64,000 nucleotides of DNA from Thermoplasmatales archaeon. GTDB lineage: Archaea > Thermoplasmatota > Thermoplasmata > Thermoplasmatales > Thermoplasmataceae. Position 1 is the stretch's first letter. Every line of letters begins with the position of its first letter. The notes under the pieces are model-generated. The model saw only the letters and a list, made by a program, of their open reading frames with translations. It ran no database searches and had not been told where the DNA came from. The stretch spans positions 20,629 through 84,628 of the forward strand of contig DAIDBH010000013.1 in NCBI GenBank assembly GCA_027310185.1. Direction: 5' to 3'. The position numbers and the translations under genes are program-made. Positions 41,125-50,974 of the stretch are shown in pieces.

Positions 41125-42210
41125 CTAATCCCATTTAATTACGCTTTTGATTTCTCCCTGTGGCTTCTTGTTGAACAGCCCCAGTTCGCCCGGGGCGAAT
41201 TTATTAGTTATCATCCTGTTCAGCATGCCCCTGTGAAGTCGATTCCACTTTGAAAGATAATCCAGTGCTTTAAGGTAATGGACCTCGGCGGCATCTACAG
41301 AACCGGCTATGGTTATGTTTCTCTCAACAATAAAGTCAATGTCCTCCCCTGATAATCCTGCCTGGGGAGCTTTTCCGTTGGTTCCAAAGAGTATCAGGAT
41401 ACCGTTGTGGTTCATCTTTCTGAGGAACCTGAAAATTGTTGCCGGATCACCGCTGGTATCCACGATGAGGTCAAGCTTCATATCACCGGGAAACTCCGGT
41501 TCCTTTGATGTGTCCCTGAAATTAACTCCAAATGCATTGCAGAGTTCTGTGGGAATCTGGTCTATTGGATGCCTGTTGACCATGAATGTATTAAAGCCAT
41601 AATCTCTTGCGAGGAATGAGTAAAGAAACGCTTCGCTACCGGTACCTATTATAAGTGCATTCTTACCATCAAATGTTGAGTAGATATTTTCATAAATGAA
41701 TCTTGATCTCACTTTATCAAAAACCTCAAACGCCTTTACGACATTCTTCGTGGGTTCAGTCAGTACTGCAACTTCTCCAAGATCGACATCCTGAACCCTG
41801 ACCAGATTGTAGTCGAATTCATTGAAAGAGTCTCTCATGAAACCGTGAAGTCCTGTGATTCCAGCTTCATGCTTATTTCCGTCTGAGCAGTTATCAGGCC
41901 TGCCTATCCTGCAGTTGGGGCAATCTCCTGGTCTTCTTACTATGGGAACAACCACGTCTCCCTTTTTGAATTTCTCCGATTTTGAATCTGTTACAATACA
42001 TAATGATTCGTGCCCAATTACAAGAAAATCATATCCTTCAGGATTATATGCGAAGGAAAGTGCCCCATTCACCATGCCCCTATCTGTACCACAAATTCCA
42101 GTCATTAAGGGCTTGAGTGAAACGTTGCCTGGTGAATCCTTGATTTCAATCTTTTCATATTTTATTCCACCACCTGGTGCATTTGTTATATAAGCATTTA
42201 CGGTCGTCAT
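41125..42210 (-). CDS. gdh: Archaeal glucose 1-dehydrogenase (Zn-dependent MDR)
   Basis: GICGTDRG, GHE, VRRPG.C.NC.IGR.DNC, EAGI.GLHGFMR, LTEP, FGT, GSVDA. Confidence 0.9.
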   Translation of the reverse strand: MTTVNAYITNAPGGGIKYEKIEIKDSPGNVSLKPLMTGICGTDRGMVNGALSFAYNPEGYDFLVIGHESLCIVTDSKSEKFKKGDVVVPIVRRPGDCPNCRIGRPDNCSDGNKHEAGITGLHGFMRDSFNEFDYNLVRVQDVDLGEVAVLTEPTKNVVKAFEVFDKVRSRFIYENIYSTFDGKNALIIGTGSEAFLYSFLARDYGFNTFMVNRHPIDQIPTELCNAFGVNFRDTSKEPEFPGDMKLDLIVDTSGDPATIFRFLRKMNHNGILILFGTNGKAPQAGLSGEDIDFIVERNITIAGSVDAAEVHYLKALDYLSKWNRLHRGMLNRMITNKFAPGELGLFNKKPQGEIKSVIKWD

Positions 42211-42366
42211 ATATGATCAGTGTGTTATTTTTAAAAAACATTTGCCACTGAAATCCCCGTAAAAATTTATCCCCATATCAATAAAGATAAAATTAGAAAT
42301 TTCGTATAATCAGAAATTTATAATGAGGTCAATAGGTTTTCCAGTTATTGAATTTTCAATACATTA

Positions 42367-42945
42367 TCAGATCTGGTGACCCATCTTTTCCTTCTTTGTC
42401 ATCAGATAGAACTTGTTGTATTCCGTCGTCTGGCTCTTTATGGAAATCCTTCCTGAAACGTTGATCCCGTTTTCTTCAAGAAACTTGATCTTTTCAGGAT
42501 TGTTTGTCATAAGTTTCACACTCTTGATCCTGAAGTAATTTATCACGTCCACTGCGAATGTATAGTCTCTCTGATCTGCAGGCAGCCCCAGTTTAAGGTT
42601 TGCCTCAACGGTATCATATCCCTCTTCCTGGAGACTGTATGCCTTAATTTTATTCACCAGACCTATTCCCCTGCCTTCCTGCCTGAGATAGATGAGCATT
42701 CCATAGGGTTGCTCTCCAAGATATACAAGAGATTTCAGGAGCTGATCTCTGCAGTCACATCTCTTTGACCCAAAAACATCACCTGTCAGGCATTCACTGT
42801 GTATTCTAACAGGAACATTTTCCTTCCCTGTTACATCTCCCTTTACAATCACCGCGTTTTCATTTGGTTCGCCATCATTAAATGTGTAAATATCAAAAAA
42901 TCCTGCCAAGGTTGGTAATTTGGCTTTTGCTGCTAATGTTATCAT
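42367..42945 (-). CDS. ribA: GTP cyclohydrolase II
   Basis: [48 protein letters not shown]. Confidence 0.96.
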   Translation of the reverse strand: MITLAAKAKLPTLAGFFDIYTFNDGEPNENAVIVKGDVTGKENVPVRIHSECLTGDVFGSKRCDCRDQLLKSLVYLGEQPYGMLIYLRQEGRGIGLVNKIKAYSLQEEGYDTVEANLKLGLPADQRDYTFAVDVINYFRIKSVKLMTNNPEKIKFLEENGINVSGRISIKSQTTEYNKFYLMTKKEKMGHQI

Positions 42946-43017
42946 TCTTCTTCATGTAATAATCACTTCAGCGTATTAAAAACTATATTTGAAAAATTTT
43001 AATATAATAGTTATTTT

Positions 43018-43800
43018 TCACTTTTCCCTGACTGAGTGTGCAAGCATCATGCCAAAATAAACTGCCACATAATGATAATCAATCTTCATCCTCATTCCGG
43101 ATTCTTCAAGAATACCCTTTAGAATCAACATGTTCCAGAAACTGTCCGGTTTACCCTTATTGACTATTTCCTGGTCAATGCTCATTACAGGATCCATTGA
43201 ATTGTTCATTATGGCATTTATCAGTATCTGCTCATATTTTACTGCTTCCTCTGAATAACCGTAGGGTCCCTTTTCGGAATGTGTATGTGCCTGGTCCGCA
43301 CTCAATATGATACTCACCTTTTTCGGGTAGTTTCTCACAATTTGAAACAGTATCTTCCCGAAGTCAACCAGTTTCTTCCTATGGCTTATTCTTGGCTGTC
43401 CTATCATCACAATTTTTCTCTGCCTGAAGAAATAGAGTGGGATTGAACTACCAAAATCCAGAGGAAATTCACTGAGTTCACCAGAATATGTTGAAAATCT
43501 GACGTCAAGGCAGAACTCCGGGAATTTTTCTATTATCTCCTCTGTCAGTTTTCTCTCATTATTGCACAGAAAATCAAGTTTCTTATTGACAAGTTTTGTT
43601 TCTGCCCTGAAGTGTTCTGTGTTTATCACAGCCATGTGATCCTTTATGGTCATTCCGTGTGGAGAGATTATGACGATTACCTCAGAATCATCTTTTTCTG
43701 CTATTTCCGCAATATGGTTCCTCATCGTGACGCTTTCTTTGTCGGGAAGATCTATAAGTTCATCCCCGTGCGGTATGATGTATAAATTCTCTAAACTCAT
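43018..43800 (-). CDS. LigB/Memo-like (class III extradiol dioxygenase fold) protein
   Basis: IIPHG, IISPHG, LDFG..IPL, SADQAHTH, YFGM. Confidence 0.7.
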   Translation of the reverse strand: MSLENLYIIPHGDELIDLPDKESVTMRNHIAEIAEKDDSEVIVIISPHGMTIKDHMAVINTEHFRAETKLVNKKLDFLCNNERKLTEEIIEKFPEFCLDVRFSTYSGELSEFPLDFGSSIPLYFFRQRKIVMIGQPRISHRKKLVDFGKILFQIVRNYPKKVSIILSADQAHTHSEKGPYGYSEEAVKYEQILINAIMNNSMDPVMSIDQEIVNKGKPDSFWNMLILKGILEESGMRMKIDYHYVAVYFGMMLAHSVREK

Positions 43801-43847
43801 GATTCATCATATGGAAGTTAAATATTTCAGTTACTGTTCCTTAATAC

Positions 43848-44597
43848 CTAAGACTTTACGGCGATCAGGACCATTCTGTGCTTGTCAAGTATCATTTTTT
43901 CTTTGTCGAAGTCCATCCTCTTCAATTCTACATCGCTTAGGCTTTCGAGGAATTGCTTCACTTCCATCCCAGACTTACTGTTCTCTTCTATGGGATATAA
44001 CCATTTAAGAAAATGTGCAGGTTCTACTAACTCCTCTGTTACTATATTTTTAAATCCTGCCTTCTGAACAAGAACTTTCCACTCTGAAATTTTCTCTGCC
44101 CTTACGTGGGATTGATCCCTTAGAATTTCCATCCTGTTATAATTTCCTCCATCATCCGTTTCAGGCTCAACAAGATCAGCTATTCCCAGTTTGCCACCTT
44201 TCTTCATTACCCTGAATGCCTCCCTGAGGAACTGTTCCTTGTCGTGGAAATGATGTGCAGCCCTCCTTGTTGTAACAACATCAAATTCTGAATCCATGAA
44301 TGGTAGTTCTTCTACCACCCCAACCCTGAATGTAATATTATGGACTCCTTCCTGTTCAGATAATTTTTTCGCTTGTTCCAGCATCTGTTCCGTCCCGTCA
44401 TATGCAACGACACTTTGCACCTTTTTAGCCAGTGCAATTGAGGTGAATCCAGTTCCTGCGGCAAGGTCTATGCATCTGTATGACGCCTTTAGATCGAGCA
44501 GGTTTATCAGTATTTCAAGATCTTTCCCGTTCCTATGACTTTCACTGGATGCATATTTTTCTGCGTTTTTTCCAAAAAATTCCCTATAGTCTCCCAT
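43848..44597 (-). CDS. Class I SAM-dependent methyltransferase
   Basis: DLAAGTG, LPF.D.EFDVV..R.AAHHF, RVMKKGG, RD.SH. Confidence 0.9.
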   Translation of the reverse strand: MGDYREFFGKNAEKYASSESHRNGKDLEILINLLDLKASYRCIDLAAGTGFTSIALAKKVQSVVAYDGTEQMLEQAKKLSEQEGVHNITFRVGVVEELPFMDSEFDVVTTRRAAHHFHDKEQFLREAFRVMKKGGKLGIADLVEPETDDGGNYNRMEILRDQSHVRAEKISEWKVLVQKAGFKNIVTEELVEPAHFLKWLYPIEENSKSGMEVKQFLESLSDVELKRMDFDKEKMILDKHRMVLIAVKS

Positions 44598-44787
44598 TCA
44601 AGGGTATTATTCAGTTCTATTAACGGATTTTCACATCTAAATGAATTTTATATACTTTCAGCTTTGAAAAAGTTCGTCTGCATTATCCTTAATAAGTATA
44701 TCCAGCAATGAACTATTATTATAAAAATGGAATATGCACACAGATAAAAATAACAAAATATATTTTGCTTGGCTGAATACCACTGTA

Positions 44788-45627
44788 ATGAAAGCATTGT
44801 TCGTGGGAGGAAGCGGTTACATAGGCAGGAACCTGATGAAGAGGATGAATCATGAGGAAACTTCATACTATTCGCGCCACAAGATAGATCAAAAAGGTTA
44901 TGAGCAGTTTATCTGGATAGAGGGAGATGTAGGAGAACAGGAAAAACTGCTGTCCCTTGTGAAGGACTTTGATATTATTTATTACATGGCCAATTCCTAC
45001 TCGCAGGACGAGAAGGAGGCTTTCAACGCAAATGTCCAGGGTATTAAAACAATAGCAAATGAGGTGAAAAGGATTGACAAGAATCAGAGACTTATTTACT
45101 TTTCATCTGCCAATGTGCATTATGGAACCAATGAATATTTCAGGACAAGGAGGACCGGGGAAGATAACACTACACTGGCTAAGAATCATCTTAACGTGAG
45201 ACTTTCCTTCGTATTCGGAGGAGAGGGCGATAATTTTCTCAAGATCATAGATGAACTGTTTGCAAAGGGTGTCGATAAATTCCCAAAAACTGGGAGAGTA
45301 TGCCCGACCCACATGGATGATCTTGCTGAAACACTGAAGAAAAGTGATAAGACCGTGGGTGCAATCTACACGAACTCAAGTTCCATGATAACTTTTCTTG
45401 ATGCCATGAATATATATGGAAGAAAGATGGGCAAAGCAGAGGTGAAGGAAGCAAGTGGCTTTCTATCAAGGAACCTTGAAGAAAAACTAATTGAGGAGAA
45501 AAAGATGGACAAGATCCTTTATGACAGGTTGACAACAGATTACTACAGGGAGACTAGTTCAGTCATAAGATTCATTAAGGATGAGAAGAAATTCGAAGAT
45601 TATATAAGGGATCTGCCTAAAGCATGA
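44788..45627 (+). CDS. NAD(P)-binding extended SDR / epimerase-like protein
   Basis: MKALFVGGSGYIG Rossmann motif (start moved from 44734 to 44788), GD, NV.G, SSA. Confidence 0.8.
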   Translation: MKALFVGGSGYIGRNLMKRMNHEETSYYSRHKIDQKGYEQFIWIEGDVGEQEKLLSLVKDFDIIYYMANSYSQDEKEAFNANVQGIKTIANEVKRIDKNQRLIYFSSANVHYGTNEYFRTRRTGEDNTTLAKNHLNVRLSFVFGGEGDNFLKIIDELFAKGVDKFPKTGRVCPTHMDDLAETLKKSDKTVGAIYTNSSSMITFLDAMNIYGRKMGKAEVKEASGFLSRNLEEKLIEEKKMDKILYDRLTTDYYRETSSVIRFIKDEKKFEDYIRDLPKA

Positions 45628-46108
45628 CGTGTCCTATTGCTTCCCTATAAACAAAAACACTCAATTTTGATAGATATTTCATATTGTAATCTGAGATAAA
45701 CTCGCTGAAGTTTTTATCCTTTTTCATAATAGTCAGGTAATTCAGTGCATCTGCTAGGTGGGCATGAGCTGCCAGGAGATGAGAAGCGCGTATGTCTCCT
45801 GCTGACATCTTTGCCTTCATATCAAGCCATACATCATCTGCGTGATTAAGCTTCTTCCTGTGTTCGTCCGAAAGGACCGTATCGCTATCAGAAACGTTCT
45901 GGTAAAGCTTGTCTGCCATTTCCAGCAGTTCTCTAGTGGCGTCTATCCTTATTCCTGTTGATATTGCAAGTCCAAAGGATGAAAAGGCAAGTTTCATACT
46001 AGAATCGTATTGAAAATACGGTGAACTGTTCTCAATAAATTCCCCTAGAAGGTCACAGAATCTTTTATTCACATCTTCACTGTTTTCAGAACCTGAGTCC
46101 ATGAACAC
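45617..46108 (-). CDS. Hypothetical helical protein
   Basis: 163-aa ORF with normal composition filling a gap; no motif recognised. Confidence 0.65.
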   Translation of the reverse strand: MFMDSGSENSEDVNKRFCDLLGEFIENSSPYFQYDSSMKLAFSSFGLAISTGIRIDATRELLEMADKLYQNVSDSDTVLSDEHRKKLNHADDVWLDMKAKMSAGDIRASHLLAAHAHLADALNYLTIMKKDKNFSEFISDYNMKYLSKLSVFVYREAIGHVML

Positions 46109-46218
46109 GTATTAAGTCAAACTATTTACATTTAAGTTTGAATTTTCTCACATGGATCCTAATAAATCCATTAAATTTCCTAAAATTTATCCATATTAGA
46201 TTTAATTTCTTCAATAAG

Positions 46219-46291
46219 TAGCTCTGGGCAGATTCGAACTGCCGTCGGCGGGTCCAGAGCCCACTATGCTTGGCCACTACACCACAGAGCT
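46219..46291 (-). tRNA. tRNA-Gln(CTG)
   Basis: AGCTCTG/CAGAGCT acceptor (archaeal A1-U72), loop CTCTGGA, GTTCGAATC. Confidence 0.96.
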
Positions 46292-46410
46292 ATAGACTCC
46301 CTATTTAACAACTATATTAAAATCTTTCAATAGATTCACATAAAGAGTGATAGCTGAAAAAATTGTCGTGCTTATAACAAATTAATTATAAAGACAAGAT
46401 ATATGGATAT

Positions 46411-46797
46411 GTGAAGAACTGGTCTGTACATTTCTATTTCGATGATGATTTTTCATGGAAATCACTGGATAAGGCGTTTGCTGAAATATTTGCAATAATT
46501 AAAGGAGAAAAGAAGCAGATTCCTGAAGAGGAACAGCAAATCCAGGTCAAGTATGAACTCAATATGAGGGAAATAAACAACAATAAGAAGCCCATGGGAT
46601 TTTATTCCGATCAGACTGACCTTTCCCTGTTATTCCCTATGGACAGGAAAGAAATGATAGTTGCAAGACTGTCACCCAATGAGAATATTCACGAAATCGG
46701 AGATCAGATTGCAAAGATCCTGAAGGCAAAGAAGATTAAATTCAAGATAGACTATGATAAGATGCTATTGATAGATGTAATAAAGAGCAGAAAGTAA
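46411..46797 (+). CDS. Hypothetical protein
   Basis: 128-aa ORF, GTG start downstream of a TATA-like TTATAAA. Confidence 0.6.
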   Translation: MKNWSVHFYFDDDFSWKSLDKAFAEIFAIIKGEKKQIPEEEQQIQVKYELNMREINNNKKPMGFYSDQTDLSLLFPMDRKEMIVARLSPNENIHEIGDQIAKILKAKKIKFKIDYDKMLLIDVIKSRK

Positions 46798-46860
46798 AAA
46801 TATTCCTTACAGTAATTTTGAATGACTAAATAATTAATTAATTTCAATGGTTTTCCTGCT

Positions 46861-47787
46861 GTGAAATCAGTATCTGGGAGAGTTTATTGCTCTTCTGCAA
46901 ATATAGGCTCAGGATTTGATTCCTTTGGCATCTGCCACAGTGCATTCTTTTCTGATGGAAATTTGTCAATCAATGAAGAGCAGGGACCGCTGAAAATTGA
47001 CTTCAAGAGTAATTTGAATGATGTTGACCTGCTGGAAAACAGTGCTCTTGCTGTGATAAGGAAGATGGCAGAGGATTTTGAAATAATCTCCCATTTATCA
47101 CTGGAATTGAACTCAACTATCCCGGTAGGGATGGGGCTGGGAAGCAGTGGAGCGGCGTCTGTTTCATCCTCCGTACTCATGAATGAACTCTTCAGCCTAG
47201 ACCTCCCTGTGAACGAAATAATAAGATACGCATCCTATGGAGAGAATTTCGCAACAGGAAGCTTCCATCTAGATAACGTTACTGCATCAACTATTGGTAA
47301 TTTCTCTGCTGTATTTTCCGAATCTCCGTTGAGAATAAGGAAATTCAATGTTCCGGAAAATATAGGATTCATTTCCATTGTTCCACAAATCATAGCCAGG
47401 AACAAGACCCAGGAAAACAGGAAACTTCTCCCTGAGATGATACCTTTTAAGAAGGTTGTAAGAAACATAAATTTCTCCAATTCGCTGCTGGCAGGCATAA
47501 TTACGGGAGACCGGGACCTGATAGAATATGGACTTGATGACCAGATTGTGGAGCAGGCCAGAATGATCAAATACGACTTTCTTGTAGATGTGAGATCTAT
47601 CTGCAAAAGAAACAATGCCATCGGACTTATATTGAGTGGTGCTGGGCCTGCGATGCTATGCTTCACCGATGACAGAACAGATAAGGGACAGATAAGGAAG
47701 GATTTGACTCATTACTTCCAGTCCAGAGAACTAGACTTTATAATGGCAGATTCATATCCTTCTGCAGGTGCCTATGAACGAAACTGA
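46861..47787 (+). CDS. thrB: Homoserine kinase
   Basis: SSANIGSGFD, IPVGMGLGSSGAA (GHMP), H.DNV, LSGAGP. Confidence 0.9.
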   Translation: MKSVSGRVYCSSANIGSGFDSFGICHSAFFSDGNLSINEEQGPLKIDFKSNLNDVDLLENSALAVIRKMAEDFEIISHLSLELNSTIPVGMGLGSSGAASVSSSVLMNELFSLDLPVNEIIRYASYGENFATGSFHLDNVTASTIGNFSAVFSESPLRIRKFNVPENIGFISIVPQIIARNKTQENRKLLPEMIPFKKVVRNINFSNSLLAGIITGDRDLIEYGLDDQIVEQARMIKYDFLVDVRSICKRNNAIGLILSGAGPAMLCFTDDRTDKGQIRKDLTHYFQSRELDFIMADSYPSAGAYERN

Positions 47788-48889
47788 AGATCATGTAATA
47801 AACGACAGCGCGCTCCCTCCAAATTACCCAATTACTTTTCCCATATTCCAGACATCATCTTATATGTTCCCGGAGGGAAAGAAGTACAGATATTCAAGGG
47901 AGGCAAATCCCACTGTTGAAGAACTGGAAAGACAGATAAATATTCTTGAAAAAACAGAAAGAAGCGTCTGTTTTTCCTCTGGAATGGGCGCGATCACGAC
48001 TACCCTTCTTTCTCTCCTCAGGCCTGGAGATAAAGTTGTAACAACTCTTGATACCTTCGCCCGGAGTTCCAGATTCATCAGGGATTTTCTTGGATCATGG
48101 GGTATCAGGGGTGAAGTCACCAGCCCCGGGACAGAGACATTACTGAATTCGATTACTGAGAAATCAGTGGTTTTGGTGGAAACTATTTCAAATCCTTCTC
48201 TACGGGTTTACGACCTGAGAAAAATTGCTGAAAAAGTTCACTCCTTCGGGGGAATATTAATCTGTGACTCAACCTTTGCAACACCGGAGAATATCAATCC
48301 TGTAGATTACGGTGCTGACATTGTCATTCATAGCCTGTCAAAATTCATTTCCGGGCATAATGACATCATAGGTGGAAGTGCATCAGGAAGTTCCGAAACT
48401 ATGGATAGAATTGATCTCACAAGGAGAACAATCGGCACAAATATGGATCCGAACACTGCATATCAGATCATAAGAGGCATAAAGACCCTCCAGTTGAGAA
48501 TGAAGGAGATTAACAAGAATGGAATAAGCGTGGCCAGGAATCTCTGCTCCATAAATGGAATAGAAAATGTGAACTACCCTGGACTGGAAAGTCATCAAGA
48601 TTTCGAATATTCCAGAGATAACCTTAGAGGATATGGTGGTGTTCTCACTTTCAAGATAAAGAATATTCAAAAGGATCCATATAACATATTCAGGTCAATG
48701 AAAAGAATAAGGCCTGCAAATACTCTTGGGGGAGTCAATACCATAATAGCCCATCCAAAGACCATGTCCCACAGATCACTTACTGATGAGGAGATGAAAA
48801 TTCTCGGAATAGATGACAGGACATACAGGCTATCAGTCGGCATAGAAGATGCTGAAAGCTTAGTGGATGATATTAGAAATTCTCTCTGA
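47768..48889 (+). CDS. metB: PLP-dependent trans-sulfuration enzyme (cystathionine gamma-synthase-like)
   Basis: YSREANPT, FSSGMGAI, ETISNP, DSTFATP, HSLSKFISGHND, RLSVGIED; exact family member uncertain. Confidence 0.75.
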   Translation: MPMNETEDHVINDSALPPNYPITFPIFQTSSYMFPEGKKYRYSREANPTVEELERQINILEKTERSVCFSSGMGAITTTLLSLLRPGDKVVTTLDTFARSSRFIRDFLGSWGIRGEVTSPGTETLLNSITEKSVVLVETISNPSLRVYDLRKIAEKVHSFGGILICDSTFATPENINPVDYGADIVIHSLSKFISGHNDIIGGSASGSSETMDRIDLTRRTIGTNMDPNTAYQIIRGIKTLQLRMKEINKNGISVARNLCSINGIENVNYPGLESHQDFEYSRDNLRGYGGVLTFKIKNIQKDPYNIFRSMKRIRPANTLGGVNTIIAHPKTMSHRSLTDEEMKILGIDDRTYRLSVGIEDAESLVDDIRNSL

Positions 48890-48997
48890 ACAAATGTGGT
48901 AAGATCACATCCTGTTATCATCCTATTCTCTTTCAAGAAATCAGTATAGAATGCAGATCAATCTTAAAATATGACATATGCCTGATCAGGAGTTTAC

Positions 48998-50974
48998 ATG
49001 GGATTTATGGATAAGACGACGGTTTCTGTCGACATTGGAGGAACATTCACCGATATCGTGATTTTGCAGAATAATAAAATCTTAAAGAAGTTGAAGGTCC
49101 CTACAACCCCCAGAAACCCGGAAATTGGAGTTGTTAATGGTGTTAAGGATTCCGGTGTTAATTTCATAGTTGACTTTGTTCATGCAACTACAATCGCAAC
49201 CAACACGCTCCTTGGACAGTTTGGCATGAAACTGCCCAGGGTCGCACTAATCACCACAAAAGGATTCAGGGATGTCATAGAAATTGGAAGGCAGAATAGG
49301 CCATCCCTTTATGATCTGGAATTTACGAGACCCAGAACTATTGTACCGAGACAGTTAAGATTCGAGCTTGATGAAAGAACTGATTTCACTGGAAAGATCT
49401 TAAAATCTGTGGAAAAGAATGATGTTTCGAGACTGATTGAGAAGATCAGGAAATTCAAACCGGAAAGTGTAGCCATTTCTTTTCTTCACTCCTATCTCAA
49501 TGACCAGAACGAAGAAGTTGCCAGGAATGAACTTTCTAGGGAGTTCAGGTATGTAAGTGTATCAAGTTCAGTAGCACCGGAACCGAGGGAGTATGAAAGG
49601 ACATCTACAACGGTAATTAATGGGGCCCTTATGCCCGTGGTATCTGAATATCTATCAAAGTTAAGGGATAATCTCACTTCCTTTGGTTCACCACCCATAA
49701 GTGTAATGTCAAATTCAGGTGGACTAATTGACGAGGAAGAAGCTGTTATTAATCCAGTTGCAGTAATTGAATCTGGTCCGGCAGCAGGCGTGGTCGCAGC
49801 TGCAATCGTGGCGGGGAAGCTTGGCGTATCAAGGATTATAAGTTTTGACATGGGAGGAACAACTGCGAAAGCCGGCACAGTTACCGATGGAAGAATTGAA
49901 ATCACTTCAGAATATGAAGTTGGAGGAAAATCACATTACGGGAGGATGATAAAGGGGAGTGGGTATCCCGTGAGATACCCATTTGTTGACCTTGCTGAAG
50001 TTTCTGCCGGTGGTGGTACCGTGATATGGCTGGATTCTGCCGGAGGCATGAACATTGGTCCAATGAGTGCCGGATCAGACCCGGGTCCAGTAGCATACAA
50101 CAGGGGAGGAAAACTACCAACTATCACTGATGCAAATCTTGTGCTTGGCATTCTGAATGAAAAAATGTCAGGCAGCAATTTCACCTTGAGAAAGGATCTT
50201 GCCATGAAGGCATTAGGTAAGCTTGGTGACCCCGTTGATGTTGCATTGAAGGCACTGAAACTTGTTGATCTGGAAATGTCCAGGGCCATAAGGATGGTGA
50301 CAGTTGAGAGAGGAATTGACCCATCAGAATACACAATTTTTGCTTTTGGAGGCGCAGGTCCCCAACATGCAGCGAGGATTGCGCAGGAAATGGGACTAGG
50401 GAATGCTGTTATTCCACCAGACCCTGGAGTTTTCAGTGCCCTTGGACTTCTCAATTCAGACTGGAAATATGAGATGAGAAAATCCTTTCCTGAAGATGTT
50501 CAGAAAGATTTCAGGGAACTTGAAGAAGCTCTTGAATCGAGGTTCAGAACTAAAGAGTTTGATTTATATGCGGATTGCAGGTATGCAGGACAGGGTTCCG
50601 AAATTACTGTAAAGGTTTCTCTTCCTGACAGGAAAAAGATCGTAGATGAATTCATAAAATTACACAGGGAAGCGTATGGATTTACCCTGGAGAGAGAAGT
50701 GGAAATATTTATGATTCGTGCCTTTGGAATAGAAAGAAGGGAGAAGCCTGCCGTTGAGGTGGTTGCAAAAGGGATTATTTCAACTGGATACAGAAAGGTA
50801 TATTCCAAAAAAGGATTTATTGATGTCCCGGTGTATCAAAGAAGTCAACTACCACCAGGTACAATAATAGAAGGTTTAGCACTGGTAGATGAGCCTGGTT
50901 CTACAACATATATACCTGAAAATTGGACTGCAGAGGTTGGAAAAATTGGTGAACTGAACTTGAAGGTGAGATAG
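48998..50974 (+). CDS. Hydantoinase/oxoprolinase subunit A
   Basis: DIGGTFTD, HATT.ATN, REYERT.T, SGPAAG, DMGGTT, GP.SAG..PGP, FGGAG. Confidence 0.93.
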   Translation: MGFMDKTTVSVDIGGTFTDIVILQNNKILKKLKVPTTPRNPEIGVVNGVKDSGVNFIVDFVHATTIATNTLLGQFGMKLPRVALITTKGFRDVIEIGRQNRPSLYDLEFTRPRTIVPRQLRFELDERTDFTGKILKSVEKNDVSRLIEKIRKFKPESVAISFLHSYLNDQNEEVARNELSREFRYVSVSSSVAPEPREYERTSTTVINGALMPVVSEYLSKLRDNLTSFGSPPISVMSNSGGLIDEEEAVINPVAVIESGPAAGVVAAAIVAGKLGVSRIISFDMGGTTAKAGTVTDGRIEITSEYEVGGKSHYGRMIKGSGYPVRYPFVDLAEVSAGGGTVIWLDSAGGMNIGPMSAGSDPGPVAYNRGGKLPTITDANLVLGILNEKMSGSNFTLRKDLAMKALGKLGDPVDVALKALKLVDLEMSRAIRMVTVERGIDPSEYTIFAFGGAGPQHAARIAQEMGLGNAVIPPDPGVFSALGLLNSDWKYEMRKSFPEDVQKDFRELEEALESRFRTKEFDLYADCRYAGQGSEITVKVSLPDRKKIVDEFIKLHREAYGFTLEREVEIFMIRAFGIERREKPAVEVVAKGIISTGYRKVYSKKGFIDVPVYQRSQLPPGTIIEGLALVDEPGSTTYIPENWTAEVGKIGELNLKVR

